Notes under the pieces: generated by a model
The model's input: only the letters and a program-made list of their open reading frames with translations
Databases searched by the model: none
Told to the model about the DNA's origin: nothing
From: Candidatus Eremiobacteria bacterium
GTDB taxonomy: Bacteria > Vulcanimicrobiota > Vulcanimicrobiia > Vulcanimicrobiales > Vulcanimicrobiaceae
Length of the DNA: 64,000 nt
Assembly (NCBI GenBank): GCA_963758295.1
Contig: CAVWUU010000004.1
Span: 1,056,001-1,120,000 of the forward strand
Direction: 5' to 3'
In this document: one piece after another, positions 53,986 through 64,000 of the stretch
Layout: every line of letters begins with the position of its first letter
Numbering within the stretch: position 1 is the first letter of the stretch
Translations under genes and position numbers: made by a program

Positions 53986-55280
53986 GAGGAAGACTCCTTA
54001 GATTCGGTCGCCTGCAATTGCACGACGACAGGGTGCGCGAGATACTGCCGCACTACCGATGCGACGAAGCCCGGATCGAGCGAACGCGCGAGATTCCAAT
54101 ACGTGCTTTGCGGATCGCTTGGCGCATAGGCGGCGTTGCCTTCGGATGCATACCAGCCGAGATTGTCGGCCTGCTGCTCCGGCAATTGCGTATCGGAAGC
54201 AAGATGATAGAGAAACGCTTCCCGCGCCGCCCCGAAGGTGTTGGCATCGAGGGGCTGCTGAAGCTTTGCGAGCGTGTCCATTACGCGGCGTTGCAGATCG
54301 GCGGTCTTCTTTCCGCCGACCGTGACAAGCATTACGCCCGGGTGATGAAGCGTGATGAATTGCCCGTTGACGAAATCGTCGCTCGTAGGATCGAGCCCTT
54401 TACTCAAAAGCCCCGTGTCCTCACGAAAAAGATAGTCCGCAATAAAATCCATTGCCGTCGCCGAGCGTTCGTCGGCGATCGCCGGTCCAACCCACGCCAT
54501 GCCGACGCCGGGAACAGTCGCGGGAACGACGGACTGCGCGGGCGGCGAGGATGCAACGACCGAGTCGATCGGCGCGTCGCTGTTGCCGCCGCTGCCGGCC
54601 GTCACCGCGGCGACGAAGACCGGATCCACGTTGCCGGTGAGCGTAAGCGTCGCATTTCCCGAACGGAACGCGCGGTGGGCGAACCCGGTCACTTGCGCGA
54701 GCGAAATCTTCGTGATGTCCGGAACGGCGTTTGGAATCGGCGGATAGTGCGCCGCGCCGCCGGTAAAAATTCGTTCGAAGAGTTGATCGTGCAACAGCTG
54801 GTCGAACGAGTAGCGCTTCTGGACGCCCAATACCGCGACGTCGCGCTGCGCCGCCTTCAACGCATTGTCGTCGACCGTGGGCGAAAAGTACGCCGACGTG
54901 ATGGCGGCAATTGCGCGCCGCGCCGCATCGGCCGGGACGACGACGCTAACGCCGACGATGTCCGGATACACGTTGATCGTGAGTCGTCCGCCCAGTCCGC
55001 GCACGAACGTCACCAACGACTTTCCGCTTTCGAGCGGCGCCGCGGCGACGGCCGTAGCCGCTAAACGTGAAATGCCGGGCGACGCGTTGTCGTACCCGGC
55101 ACCCGGCGCGCGAAACCACAAATCTATCGCAGCATTTCCAAGCGCGGTATCGCGATAGATAATGTAGGACCCGCCATGTGGCAGGGTCCCACTTTGTCCG
55201 GACTGTTCGGCAGCAGGCGCCGCAAGCGGCGCCAACGAGACCGTCAGCGCCAGCGCTGCAACGAGCGCGCGTCGCTTCAT
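53982..55280 (-). CDS. Secreted M16 peptidase-like protein without HxxEH
   Basis: Signal peptide; IDLWFRAPGAGYD..SPGISRLAA, LTLTGNV, VVRQYL. Confidence 0.75.
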   Translation of the reverse strand: MKRRALVAALALTVSLAPLAAPAAEQSGQSGTLPHGGSYIIYRDTALGNAAIDLWFRAPGAGYDNASPGISRLAATAVAAAPLESGKSLVTFVRGLGGRLTINVYPDIVGVSVVVPADAARRAIAAITSAYFSPTVDDNALKAAQRDVAVLGVQKRYSFDQLLHDQLFERIFTGGAAHYPPIPNAVPDITKISLAQVTGFAHRAFRSGNATLTLTGNVDPVFVAAVTAGSGGNSDAPIDSVVASSPPAQSVVPATVPGVGMAWVGPAIADERSATAMDFIADYLFREDTGLLSKGLDPTSDDFVNGQFITLHHPGVMLVTVGGKKTADLQRRVMDTLAKLQQPLDANTFGAAREAFLYHLASDTQLPEQQADNLGWYASEGNAAYAPSDPQSTYWNLARSLDPGFVASVVRQYLAHPVVVQLQATESKESSS

Positions 55281-57190
55281 GCGGGTTCCGGCGATATTTT
55301 CGGCGGAATGCGCGACGGCTTTTCGCGCTGCGGCTCCTCTGCCGGTTTCTCCGGTTCCGGAGCGCTTGCGACGGCGCTACCGCCGGAGTTGCGGTCGAAC
55401 GGCTTGTTTTCCAGAATCGAACGAACTTCTTCCGCTTCGACGGTCTCATATTCGAGCAGCGATTTGACCATCCGCTCGACCTTCTGCCAGTTATCGGTCA
55501 GAATCTTGCGGCCGTGCTGGTAGCAGTCCTCGATGATGCGCCGCACCTCGCCGTCGATCTTGCTCGCAACTTCTTCGGAGTAGTTGCGCTCTTCGCCGAA
55601 ATCGCGGCCCAAGAACACCTGATGGCTGCCGCGGCCGAATTGAATCGGTCCGAGGTCGCTCATGCCGTATTGCGTCACCATGCGGCGCGCAAGTTCGGTA
55701 GCTTTTTGGAAGTCGTTGCTTGCGCCGGTCGTTACGTCGCCGAACTGAATTTCTTCGGCGAGCCGTCCGCCGAGCGCCATCGTGATCTGCGCGATGATTT
55801 CTTCGCGCGTCATCGAGTGGCGGTCGTCTTCGGGCAGCGACCACGTGAGCCCAAGCGCCATACCGCGCGGAATGATCGTGACCTTGTGCACCGGATCCGC
55901 CTTATCGAGCAGCCCGCCGACGATGGCGTGGCCCGATTCGTGATACGCGGTGAGCTGTTTCTCTTTTGAAGACATCACCGTAGACTTGCGTTCCGGACCG
56001 ACCATGACGCGGTCGATCGCTTCGTCGCAGTCGTTCATCTCGATGATGTTCTTGTTCTTACGCGCCGCGAGCAACGCCGCTTCGTTCAGCAAATTCTCGA
56101 GATCCGCACCCGAGAAGCCCGGCGTGCGTTTAGCAAGCGTTTCGAGAGAGACTTCTTTCGAAAGCGGTTTGTTGCGCGCGTGCACTTCGAGGATCTTCTG
56201 GCGGCCGCGGAAGTCCGCGCGATCGACGACGATCTGCCGGTCGAAGCGTCCCGGACGCAACAGCGCCGGGTCGAGAACGTCCGGGCGGTTCGTCGCCGCG
56301 ATCAAAATCACGCCGGTATTCTGGTCGAAGCCGTCCATTTCAACGAGCAATTGGTTGAGCGTTTGTTCGCGCTCGTCGTGTCCACCGCCGAGGCCCGCAC
56401 CGCGTTGGCGGCCGACCGCGTCGATTTCGTCGATGAACACAATACAAGGCGCCGATTTCTTTGCTTGATCGAAGAGGTCGCGAACGCGCGACGCACCGAC
56501 ACCAACGAACATCTCCACGAAGTCGGAGCCGGAGATCGAGAAGAACGGCACGCCGGCTTCGCCTGCAATCGCGCGAGCGAGAAGCGTCTTACCGGAGCCC
56601 GGAGGGCCAAGCAGCAGCACGCCCTTCGGAATGCGCGCGCCGAGCGCTTGATACTTCTTCGGATACTTGAGGAAATCGACGATTTCGCCGAGCTCCTCTT
56701 TGGCTTCGTCTACGCCCGCAACGTCGGCGAACGTCACCTTAGGACGATTCTCCGACATCATCTTCGCCCGGGAGCGTCCGAACGAAAGCGCCTGGCTGCC
56801 TCCGCTCTGCGCCTGCCTCAGGATAAAGAACAGGAAGAGTGCCATCAATAGGAGCGGGGCGAGCGTAACGAGACTCGAGAGCAAACCGCTGTTGGTCTGC
56901 TGTTCGAAGTTCACTTGACCGCTCTTGACGTGCGCTTGGACGTCCTTGACGAACTCTTGGTCGGTGTTCGGAAGTGAAACGGTGTACTTGCCGCCGCCCG
57001 AGAGATCGCCCGACGCCTGTTGTCCAACGGCGTGGAACGACTGAATCTGCCCTGCTTCAAGCTTCTGGTAGAAAACGCCGTAGTCTAGACGGGTCGCCCC
57101 TTCGCCGGGCTGTACGACGCGCTCGACGATGAGAAACACCGCCACTACGGCGAGGACGATCAAGAGGATCGATCGGAGATGTTTTGTCAC
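55277..57190 (-). CDS. ftsH: ATP-dependent zinc metalloprotease FtsH
   Basis: [29 protein letters not shown]. Confidence 0.97.
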   Translation of the reverse strand: MTKHLRSILLIVLAVVAVFLIVERVVQPGEGATRLDYGVFYQKLEAGQIQSFHAVGQQASGDLSGGGKYTVSLPNTDQEFVKDVQAHVKSGQVNFEQQTNSGLLSSLVTLAPLLLMALFLFFILRQAQSGGSQALSFGRSRAKMMSENRPKVTFADVAGVDEAKEELGEIVDFLKYPKKYQALGARIPKGVLLLGPPGSGKTLLARAIAGEAGVPFFSISGSDFVEMFVGVGASRVRDLFDQAKKSAPCIVFIDEIDAVGRQRGAGLGGGHDEREQTLNQLLVEMDGFDQNTGVILIAATNRPDVLDPALLRPGRFDRQIVVDRADFRGRQKILEVHARNKPLSKEVSLETLAKRTPGFSGADLENLLNEAALLAARKNKNIIEMNDCDEAIDRVMVGPERKSTVMSSKEKQLTAYHESGHAIVGGLLDKADPVHKVTIIPRGMALGLTWSLPEDDRHSMTREEIIAQITMALGGRLAEEIQFGDVTTGASNDFQKATELARRMVTQYGMSDLGPIQFGRGSHQVFLGRDFGEERNYSEEVASKIDGEVRRIIEDCYQHGRKILTDNWQKVERMVKSLLEYETVEAEEVRSILENKPFDRNSGGSAVASAPEPEKPAEEPQREKPSRIPPKISPEPA

Positions 57191-57319
57191 TTTAAAATAA
57201 TTGCTTTCGGTTGAAATGACGGTGCACGCTGCGCACCGTCCGGCACTCCGGCCAGCTTCCGGCAGAGGGCGGCATCTGTGTGTGGCATTCGTTCGGGGCT
57301 CTGGTCCACTAGTAGGATA

Positions 57320-57900
57320 CTAGTCTTCCTTAAAAATCGCTGATCGCAACTGGGCAAGGTAGGGCAGGTTCCGGAACAATTCCTGATAGTCCAAACCGTA
57401 ACCTACGACGAATTCGTCGGGGGCCTGGAGGCCGACGTACTCGACCGGTACCTCCACCCGCCGGTGGTAGGGCTTGTCGAAGAGCACGCAAGACCGGAGG
57501 CTCGCGGGCTTTCGCTCCGCGAGTAACGTCCGAAGATACTGCAGCGTGAGGCCGTTGTCCACGATATCCTCGACGATCACGACTGCCCGTCCCCTTACCG
57601 GCCGGCTGGTATCCTGGAGCATCCGCACTTCGCCGCTCGGACCGCGTCGAATTGCCGTAGCTCGATACACAAATGTAGTCCACCACGATTTCGCTCGGGC
57701 CGTCCGGCACGGCTGCGATGGCACGTGCGAGATCGGAAACGACGTACAGCGCTCCTTTCAACACACCGAGCAACGTGAGAGGTTGCCCCCGGTAGTCCTC
57801 GGCAATTTGACGCGCCAGACGCTCGATCGCTTGCCGAATGTCTTCACGAGTGTGTAAGCACCCGCTCGATTGTCCCATCGTAAGTATCGGTAACGTTCAT
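57320..57900 (-). CDS. hpt: Hypoxanthine phosphoribosyltransferase (frameshifts near 57853 and 57650)
   Basis: GVLKGA, VSSYG, IVEDIVDNGLTL, FVVGYGLDY, RNLPY. Confidence 0.9.
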
Positions 57901-58790
57901 CGCTTTTCTTTCGACGGCTGCAATGGCGCCGCGTTCGATGCAAAGATCGACGCCCGCTTTCATATGGAAGCGGCCCGAACCGCCCGTTTCGAGCGCCCGA
58001 ACGGCTGCTTCGACATGCGCGAAGTCGACGTCGCGAAGCCCCTCTTGCTCGCTAAGCACTCGACGGACTTCACGGCGAAGAAAAGCGCACGCTCGGAAGG
58101 TTTGCGCTCCTCTCTAACGAGTTCCGCGGTACGGGCGACGGCGGCGTCGAGTCCGGGAAATAGCGGCCTGAGCGCGTCGAGCGCTGCCCGAACGGCGTTG
58201 CGGCGATAGCCCGCATCGGCGTTCGTCGGGTCCACGGCATACGGCAAACTGTGCACGTGACAGTAGTATCGCAAATCTTCTGCCGGGATACGCAGCAATG
58301 GTCGCACCAGCTCGATGTTTTCTTCGAGCGGGCGGCGGGGCGCAATGCCCGCTAATCCGTCCGGTCCCGCTCCGCGAAAGAGCGCAAGCAATACCGTTTC
58401 GCTTTGGTCTTCACAGTGATGGCCGGTCGCAACGGCGCCGGCTTTCCGCTCGCGCGCGATGCGGGCAAGCGCGGCATATCGCGCATCGCGCAACGCTTCT
58501 TCACTCGCGTCTAAGCCATCGAGCGAAACGACGTCGACGGGCAAGCCGAACGTCGCGCCGCACCGCAACACCACGCACTCGTCTTGCCACGCGGATTCGC
58601 GCGTTCCATGATGCACGTACGCCAAGCTCAAGCGCAGATCCATCGGTTTTCCTACAGCCGCGAGCGCCGCCGCCAAAGCGATCGAATCAGCTCCGCCGCT
58701 GCATGCGACAACGACGCGTTCGCCGCGGCGAATGACGCCGTCGCGTTCGATGGACTGCTCGAGGGCTGTTTCCGGTTTAGCGCCGCGCAT
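57901..58790 (-). CDS. tilS: tRNA(Ile)-lysidine synthase (frameshift near 58075; no stop before hpt as read)
   Basis: ACSGGADS, TGHHCEDQSET, VRPLL, DPTN...RRNAVR. Confidence 0.9.
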
Positions 58791-58801
58791 GTCGATTAGG
58801 A

Positions 58802-59293
58802 CTAATGAACGTGACGTGCCATCTCACGTTCGACGTCGCGCTTGGCGACGGACTCACGCTTGTCCCACATCTTCTTGCCGCGCGCCAATCCGAGTTCGAC
58901 CTTCACCATGCCGCGCGTAAAATACATCCGCAGCGGAACGATGGTGAGGCCCTTCTCTTTCACGCGGGCCTGCAAGTCGGCAATTTGCGCTTTATGAAGC
59001 AGCAGTTTACGGGGACGGTTCGGCTCGACGTTCGAAAAACTGCCTTCTTTATACGGGGGAACGTGCATGCTCATGAGCCACGCTTCGCCGTCGCGAAAAC
59101 GCGCGTAGGCCTCGTTCAAGCTCACGCCGCCCATCCGAATCGACTTGACCTCCGTGCCGGTCAGCGCAAGCCCGGCTTCGAGCGATTCGAGAATGTGGTA
59201 TTCGTGACGCGCTCGACGGTTGTCGATTGCGGGCGTGTTATGACGGCGCTTTTCCTCGGCCGCTTTTGCGCGCTGCTGTTTCATTTTAGCCAT
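58802..59293 (-). CDS. smpB: SsrA-binding protein
   Basis: NRRARHEY, LTGTEVKSIR, RKLLLHK, ARGKK..DKRE. Confidence 0.97.
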   Translation of the reverse strand: MAKMKQQRAKAAEEKRRHNTPAIDNRRARHEYHILESLEAGLALTGTEVKSIRMGGVSLNEAYARFRDGEAWLMSMHVPPYKEGSFSNVEPNRPRKLLLHKAQIADLQARVKEKGLTIVPLRMYFTRGMVKVELGLARGKKMWDKRESVAKRDVEREMARHVH

Positions 59294-59305
59294 GATAAAG
59301 ATTCT

Positions 59306-59743
59306 TTATCGCGTAGCCGGATTGCGGCGGTCCATCGCCGCGTCAAGCGGGCCCATGGAAACGAAATTTCCGTCGCCCTGCACGAGCGTCGTACCCGATG
59401 CATCAAGCACCGTTGCTTCTAACCCGAGGACGTTGCGCCGCTGCCATGCGATGCGGCCGCGCACCTGAAGCGGCTCGCCCAACGGAACGGGCTTTCGAAA
59501 ACGCACGTTCATACTTCCCGTCACGCCGCGGTGTCCGGCATGACCGGCTGCGTGCGCCATCGCTTCATCGAGAAGCGCCATCGCGATTCCGCCGTGGGCA
59601 ATGTTTTGCCAGCCTTGAAAATCAGAACCGAGCGTAACACGCGCGAGCACGCCTTCACCGTCGCCGTCGAAATGTAAATGTAAACCAATGGGGTTGTCGG
59701 GGCCGCATGCAAAACACTTCCCGTCGTCGATCGGCACGCTCAC
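59306..59743 (-). CDS. PaaI family thioesterase
   Basis: CFACGPDNPIGL, AHGGIAMALLDE. Confidence 0.88.
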   Translation of the reverse strand: MSVPIDDGKCFACGPDNPIGLHLHFDGDGEGVLARVTLGSDFQGWQNIAHGGIAMALLDEAMAHAAGHAGHRGVTGSMNVRFRKPVPLGEPLQVRGRIAWQRRNVLGLEATVLDASGTTLVQGDGNFVSMGPLDAAMDRRNPATR

Positions 59744-60469
59744 CTACCGCCCGGCCTCCAGACGCTGTGCCAGATAATCCGGCAAATGCGCCTCGTGGAT
59801 CTTTTCTTGCACCATTTCAATGGGATAGTCGTAACGCACCCATTCGACGCGGCGACTCTCCGAATCGAACCGCACGAACGACGCGTCCGGATTTAAGTCG
59901 CGCGGTTGCCCAACGCTTCCCACATCGACGATGTACCGCTTTCCGGGCTCCAGTTCAAGCTCTCCGCCTTTTTGCATGTGCTTGTGGCTCACGGTCCCGT
60001 CGAGTTCCAGCGCCCAATATTCCGCGATGTGCGTGTGGCCGACGAAAACCAGCGGGGCGTCCGTAGCATTGAACGCTCTTAATGCGGTGCGCTTGTCGAG
60101 AATGTACTCGAAGTAGTTTACCGGAGCGCCGTGTACCAGCAGAAACTCCGGAAAGCGCAGCTCGTACGATAGCGCGTTCAGCCACGTGCGGTTGTCGTCG
60201 TCCAACACGTCTTGCGTCCACGCAATCGCGGCGCGCGCCACGTCGTTGAAGTACTCCACGCCGAAGTTTTCCAGCGCCGCCAGATCGTGGTTGCCCAGCA
60301 CCGCATGCTTTGCGCGTTCGCGCACCATCCGGACGCATTCGTTCGGATTCGGACCGTAACCGACGACATCGCCAAGACACATCACGATGTCTTCGTCATC
60401 GATCATCGCGAAGGCGCGTTGGAGCGATTCCAGATTGCCGTGCACGTCTGAAACGATCGAGTACTTCAA
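59744..60469 (-). CDS. Calcineurin-like metallophosphoesterase
   Basis: SDVHGN, GDVVGYG, GNHD, GHTH, GSVGQPRD. Confidence 0.92.
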   Translation of the reverse strand: MKYSIVSDVHGNLESLQRAFAMIDDEDIVMCLGDVVGYGPNPNECVRMVRERAKHAVLGNHDLAALENFGVEYFNDVARAAIAWTQDVLDDDNRTWLNALSYELRFPEFLLVHGAPVNYFEYILDKRTALRAFNATDAPLVFVGHTHIAEYWALELDGTVSHKHMQKGGELELEPGKRYIVDVGSVGQPRDLNPDASFVRFDSESRRVEWVRYDYPIEMVQEKIHEAHLPDYLAQRLEAGR

Positions 60470-61563
60470 GCGGAAACCTCGTCAAGCACTTCGTTAAACG
60501 CTGATTCGAACGCCCGGCGCATCGGTTCCGTGCCGGCGCTTACCCGAACGAACCGGTCGAGAGGCGGAGCTCCCGGCTTGCGGATCCAAACGCCGCGAAG
60601 CAGCAGCTCGTTCATTACGCGAACCGCGCGAGAAGCGCTTCCGCAGTCGATGCAAACGAAGTTCGTAAACGATTCGATCGCATGCAAGCCCACCTCGCGC
60701 GCGATGCGGTAGTAGTCCTGCCGCGCCCGCGCGGTTTCTTCCACGACGTAGGTATGGAAAGCGGGGTCCCCAAGCGACGCAAGCGCGCCGATTTGCGCGT
60801 TGCGATTCACTCCATATTGCAAACGAATTTTTTGCAACGTCTGAATCACCGTCTCGGAGGCGATGGCGTAGCCGATTCGCGCGCCGGCCATGCCGTAGGC
60901 CTTCGAGAACGTCCGCGCCCGGACGATTCGGTCTTCGATGCGCGCCGGCAGCAACGTCTCGGCGCCGACGAAGTCCGCATACGCCTCGTCCAATAGCACC
61001 AAGACGTCGCCCGGAAGCTCGTCGAGAAATCGCTCGAGGTCCGCGCGCGCCGTGAACGTTCCGCTCGGGTTGTCCGGATTTGCAAGATAGATCAACGACG
61101 GCTTTTCACGTTTCGCCGCGGCGATCATCGCCTCGAGATCCAGCGTACCGTCTTCGCGGTAGTCGACGGTAACGAGCCGTCCGCCGTAGCCGATCACGTG
61201 ATAGTTCAAGGTCGGATACGAGCCGCGCGTTGTAAGGGCCGCGCTTCCCGGAGCGACGTAAGCGCGGACGACCAGGCCCATCAAATCGTCGATGCCGGCG
61301 CCGACGACCAGCTCTTGCGGCAGGCACGAGTGCTTCGCGGCCAGAGCGTCGCGCAAATCCAGTGACTCAGGGTCGCCGTACCACGAAAGATGCGGCATCT
61401 CCGCAACCATGGCTTCCACGGCGCGCGGCGACGGTCCGAACGCGCTTTCGTTTGCACCGAGGCGCACGAGCTGCGTGCGGCCGCTTTCGCGCATCAATTG
61501 CTCGGGGCCGATGAACGGCGTGGTGGGCGGAATCGCTTCGACTGAAGGTGCGGGTCGGATCAC
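60466..61563 (-). CDS. PLP-dependent aminotransferase class I/II (HisC-like)
   Basis: ANES.FGPS, NPDNPSG, DEAY, RTFSKAYGMAGARIG. Confidence 0.88.
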   Translation of the reverse strand: MIRPAPSVEAIPPTTPFIGPEQLMRESGRTQLVRLGANESAFGPSPRAVEAMVAEMPHLSWYGDPESLDLRDALAAKHSCLPQELVVGAGIDDLMGLVVRAYVAPGSAALTTRGSYPTLNYHVIGYGGRLVTVDYREDGTLDLEAMIAAAKREKPSLIYLANPDNPSGTFTARADLERFLDELPGDVLVLLDEAYADFVGAETLLPARIEDRIVRARTFSKAYGMAGARIGYAIASETVIQTLQKIRLQYGVNRNAQIGALASLGDPAFHTYVVEETARARQDYYRIAREVGLHAIESFTNFVCIDCGSASRAVRVMNELLLRGVWIRKPGAPPLDRFVRVSAGTEPMRRAFESAFNEVLDEVSA

Positions 61564-61587
61564 CAGATGCTTTCTATTTCGAACGAG

Positions 61588-62814
61588 CTACCGGAAACTG
61601 CGGATTCTAACCGACGTACCCGCGGGCACTTCTTCAAGTTGCGGAGCGATCTCTAAATAGCCGTCCGCGCGGGCCGTCAAACTGACCATCGATGAGCGCA
61701 AGGGTAGGGGATGCGCCACGAAGGCCGCTCCCTCATGCCGGAGCGATACGGGAACGTACCAGGTCCACCCGAGACGGCTCCTCGCGGGAGCATCCAAAAC
61801 TGCATCCACTTCAAACGGGACCTCGGATTGGACACCGGTCATCGCCGCGACGATAGGCGCGGCGATGGCTTCGAGAATCATTAGTGCCGACGCCGGATTA
61901 CCCGGCAGGCCGATGACCGGCTTGCCGCCGGCCGCCGCCAGGACCGTTGGTTTTCCCGGCTTTACCTTCAGGCCATGAACGACGACGCCTGGCGTGCCGA
62001 GCGCCGCGATGGCGCCGGGCGTCCGGTCTCGCTCTCCCACCGAAGAGCCGCCGGTGACGACGACGGCATCGCAGCGGTCGAGCCCGGCGCGTAAGCCCGC
62101 TTCCAGCGCCCCGGGTTCGTCGTTCACCGTCGGCAAGTGGACCGCGGCAGCGCCCATGGCGAGCAGCGTTCCGGCGACGGCATAACGGTTTGAATCGCGG
62201 ATTTGCCCCAGACGCGGATAAGCTGCGACCGCGATCAATTCGTCGCCGCTCGACAGCACGCCGATCGACGGCCTCCGGAAGACGGACACTTCAGCCAAAC
62301 CGAGCGTTGCGAGTACGCCGAGCTCCGGACCGCGTATGCGCCGGCCCGGCTGCAGTACCGGCTCCCCGCCGCGCATGTCGTGCGCGCGCCGATTCACATT
62401 TTCACCCGGCTCCGTCGGCCCGACCGAAACCACTCCGTTGCGTAACTGCGCTTCCTCGATGGGCACCACGGTATCGGCACCCTCGGGAACGACGGCGCCG
62501 GTTGGAATGGCGAGCGCCGTTCCGGAAACGAGCGCCGCAGGCCACGCGCTGCCCATTGCAATCTCGCCGGCGACACGCAAGCTTTGCGCTTCTTTGCGCG
62601 CTGCCAGCGCAAAGCCGTCCATGGCGGAACGCGGCGCATCGGGATAGTCGCGGTCGGCGTGGACACGTCGCGCCAGGACGCGCCCGTGCGCCGCATCAAT
62701 GGAGACCGTTTCAATACCGGGTGCGGCGAGCGTGACGCGCTGAAAAAATGCCGCTATCGCATCTGCGGGCGACAAAAGATTTTCTTCTAAGAAGCCGAAG
62801 CCGCGCTGTTCCAT
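61588..62814 (-). CDS. moeA: Molybdopterin molybdotransferase
   Basis: RSAMDGFA, SSGDEL, DSNR, TGGSSVG, KPGKP, GLPGNP; the ORF-track start at 63189 is over-extended. Confidence 0.93.
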   Translation of the reverse strand: MEQRGFGFLEENLLSPADAIAAFFQRVTLAAPGIETVSIDAAHGRVLARRVHADRDYPDAPRSAMDGFALAARKEAQSLRVAGEIAMGSAWPAALVSGTALAIPTGAVVPEGADTVVPIEEAQLRNGVVSVGPTEPGENVNRRAHDMRGGEPVLQPGRRIRGPELGVLATLGLAEVSVFRRPSIGVLSSGDELIAVAAYPRLGQIRDSNRYAVAGTLLAMGAAAVHLPTVNDEPGALEAGLRAGLDRCDAVVVTGGSSVGERDRTPGAIAALGTPGVVVHGLKVKPGKPTVLAAAGGKPVIGLPGNPASALMILEAIAAPIVAAMTGVQSEVPFEVDAVLDAPARSRLGWTWYVPVSLRHEGAAFVAHPLPLRSSMVSLTARADGYLEIAPQLEEVPAGTSVRIRSFR

Positions 62815-64000
62815 GCTCGATATCGTTGCTTTACGTCGCGATCCCGATCGTTTTAGGCACTCCGCCCAACGTCGGGGAATCGACCCGTCTTTTGTCGATG
62901 AAGTTCTGCGTCTCGATACGGAGTACCGCTCGGCGCTAAACGCGGTTGAAACGGCGAAAGCCGAAAAGAACCGGCTCTCGGCAGAAATCGGCAAAGCGCC
63001 GGATAAAGCCGCCGCTGCGCGCGAGTTGAAACCGCAACTCGACGCATTCGCCGCGAAGATCGCCGAACACGAAACGCGCGCAAAAGAGCTGGCGCCGGAT
63101 GCACCCGGATCCCCTCTGCGCGGGCTGCTGGAGAATACGCCGAACGTGCTGGACGATTCGGTCCCCGACGGCAATGATTCCGAGGACAACGTTCAGGTAC
63201 GCGCGTGGGGAGAACCCCGCCGTTTCGATTTCGAGCCGAAACCGCACTGGGAATTGGGCGAAGCGCTCGACATCTTAGATTTCGAGCGCGCGGCCAAACT
63301 TTCGGGTAGCCGTTTCGCGGTCCTGAAAGGGAAAGGCGCGCGCTTGTCGCGTGCAATCGCGCAATTTTTTCTCGACCGCGCCGTCGATCGCGGCTACACG
63401 GAAATCGACCCGCCGTATCTCGTTACGCGCGATACCATGTGGCGCACGGGACAACTTACCAAGTTTTCCGACGCGATGTTCCAAGATCAAGACGCCGATC
63501 TTTTCATGATTCCAACGGCTGAAGTGCCGCTGACCGCGCTGCATGGCGAAGAAATTCTCAGCGCCGCCGAACTGCCGCGGCGATACACGGCGTACTCTCC
63601 GTGTTTTCGTAAAGAAGCCGGCGCGGCCGGAAAAGATACGCGCGGACTCGTGCGCCAGCATCAGTTCGAAAAAGTCGAACTCGTATGGCTCTCGTCGCCC
63701 GAGTCGTCGTTTGACAACTTGGAAACGCTCGCCGGGAATGCCGGGAGTTTACTCGAGGAGTTGGGACTGGCGCATCGCGTGATGCTGCTGTGCGCGGGCG
63801 ACACCGGTTTCAACGCCGCGAAAACTTACGATTTAGAAGTGTGGCTGCCGACGGCGCAAACGTATCGCGAAATCAGTTCCTGTTCCGACTGCACCGACTT
63901 TCAAGCGCGTCGCGCGAACCTGCGATTCCGGCGCGACGCGAAAGCCAAACCGGAGTTCGTGCACACGCTAAACGGCTCGGGGCTCGCGGTGGGGCGAACG
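62813..64000 (+). CDS. serS: Serine--tRNA ligase (runs off window)
   Basis: Manual translation MLDIVALR...KPHWELG...AAKLSGSRF...IPTAEVPL...CFRKEAG...RQHQFEKVE...EISSCS...HTLNGSGLAVGR. Confidence 0.96.
   Translation, partial: MLDIVALRRDPDRFRHSAQRRGIDPSFVDEVLRLDTEYRSALNAVETAKAEKNRLSAEIGKAPDKAAAARELKPQLDAFAAKIAEHETRAKELAPDAPGSPLRGLLENTPNVLDDSVPDGNDSEDNVQVRAWGEPRRFDFEPKPHWELGEALDILDFERAAKLSGSRFAVLKGKGARLSRAIAQFFLDRAVDRGYTEIDPPYLVTRDTMWRTGQLTKFSDAMFQDQDADLFMIPTAEVPLTALHGEEILSAAELPRRYTAYSPCFRKEAGAAGKDTRGLVRQHQFEKVELVWLSSPESSFDNLETLAGNAGSLLEELGLAHRVMLLCAGDTGFNAAKTYDLEVWLPTAQTYREISSCSDCTDFQARRANLRFRRDAKAKPEFVHTLNGSGLAVGRT

Noticed and set aside
58802..59305. tmRNA gene beside smpB
   Set aside because: Flanking gaps are only about 10 bp, and no tRNA-like ends are visible in the window.

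Overview
A GC-rich (~60%) bacterial chromosomal window, mostly housekeeping genes and mostly on the minus strand. In order it holds: truB(partial)-nrnA-rbfA-infB-ylxR-nusA-rimP; pyk; a LigC-type ligase and a LigD-type primase-polymerase split by two paralogous lipoproteins; recN-ppnK-tlyA-xseB-xseA-PBP1A-nusB-accC-accB-like; folate and Moco genes; an ExbB/ExbD/ExbD/TonB/TonB cluster; aroF, rluB and rho; a LexA-box operon; yabE-like/rsmA; two glycosyltransferases; two M16-like genes, ftsH, hpt, tilS and smpB; moeA and serS(partial). Firmicutes-like gene order together with TonB machinery and Gly-run lipoproteins suggests a diderm Terrabacteria lineage such as Eremiobacterota (inference only). 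The 15.5-24.4 kb segment and a few other spots carry many frameshifts in essential genes, most likely consensus errors. There is no CRISPR array, tRNA, rRNA or transposase. The best leads are: (1) a LexA-box promoter driving an apparently inactive RNase H-fold protein plus 3-methyladenine glycosylase; (2) a BCCP homologue next to accC lacking the biotin lysine; (3) a promoter- and hairpin-bounded structured RNA upstream of rimP, plus structured leaders before infB and the yabE-like gene; (4) a 7x46-bp tandem array of a dispersed palindromic repeat behind rho; (5) coupled pseudo-enzyme pairs (HD-GYP plus DNA methyltransferase-like; two secreted M16-like proteins).
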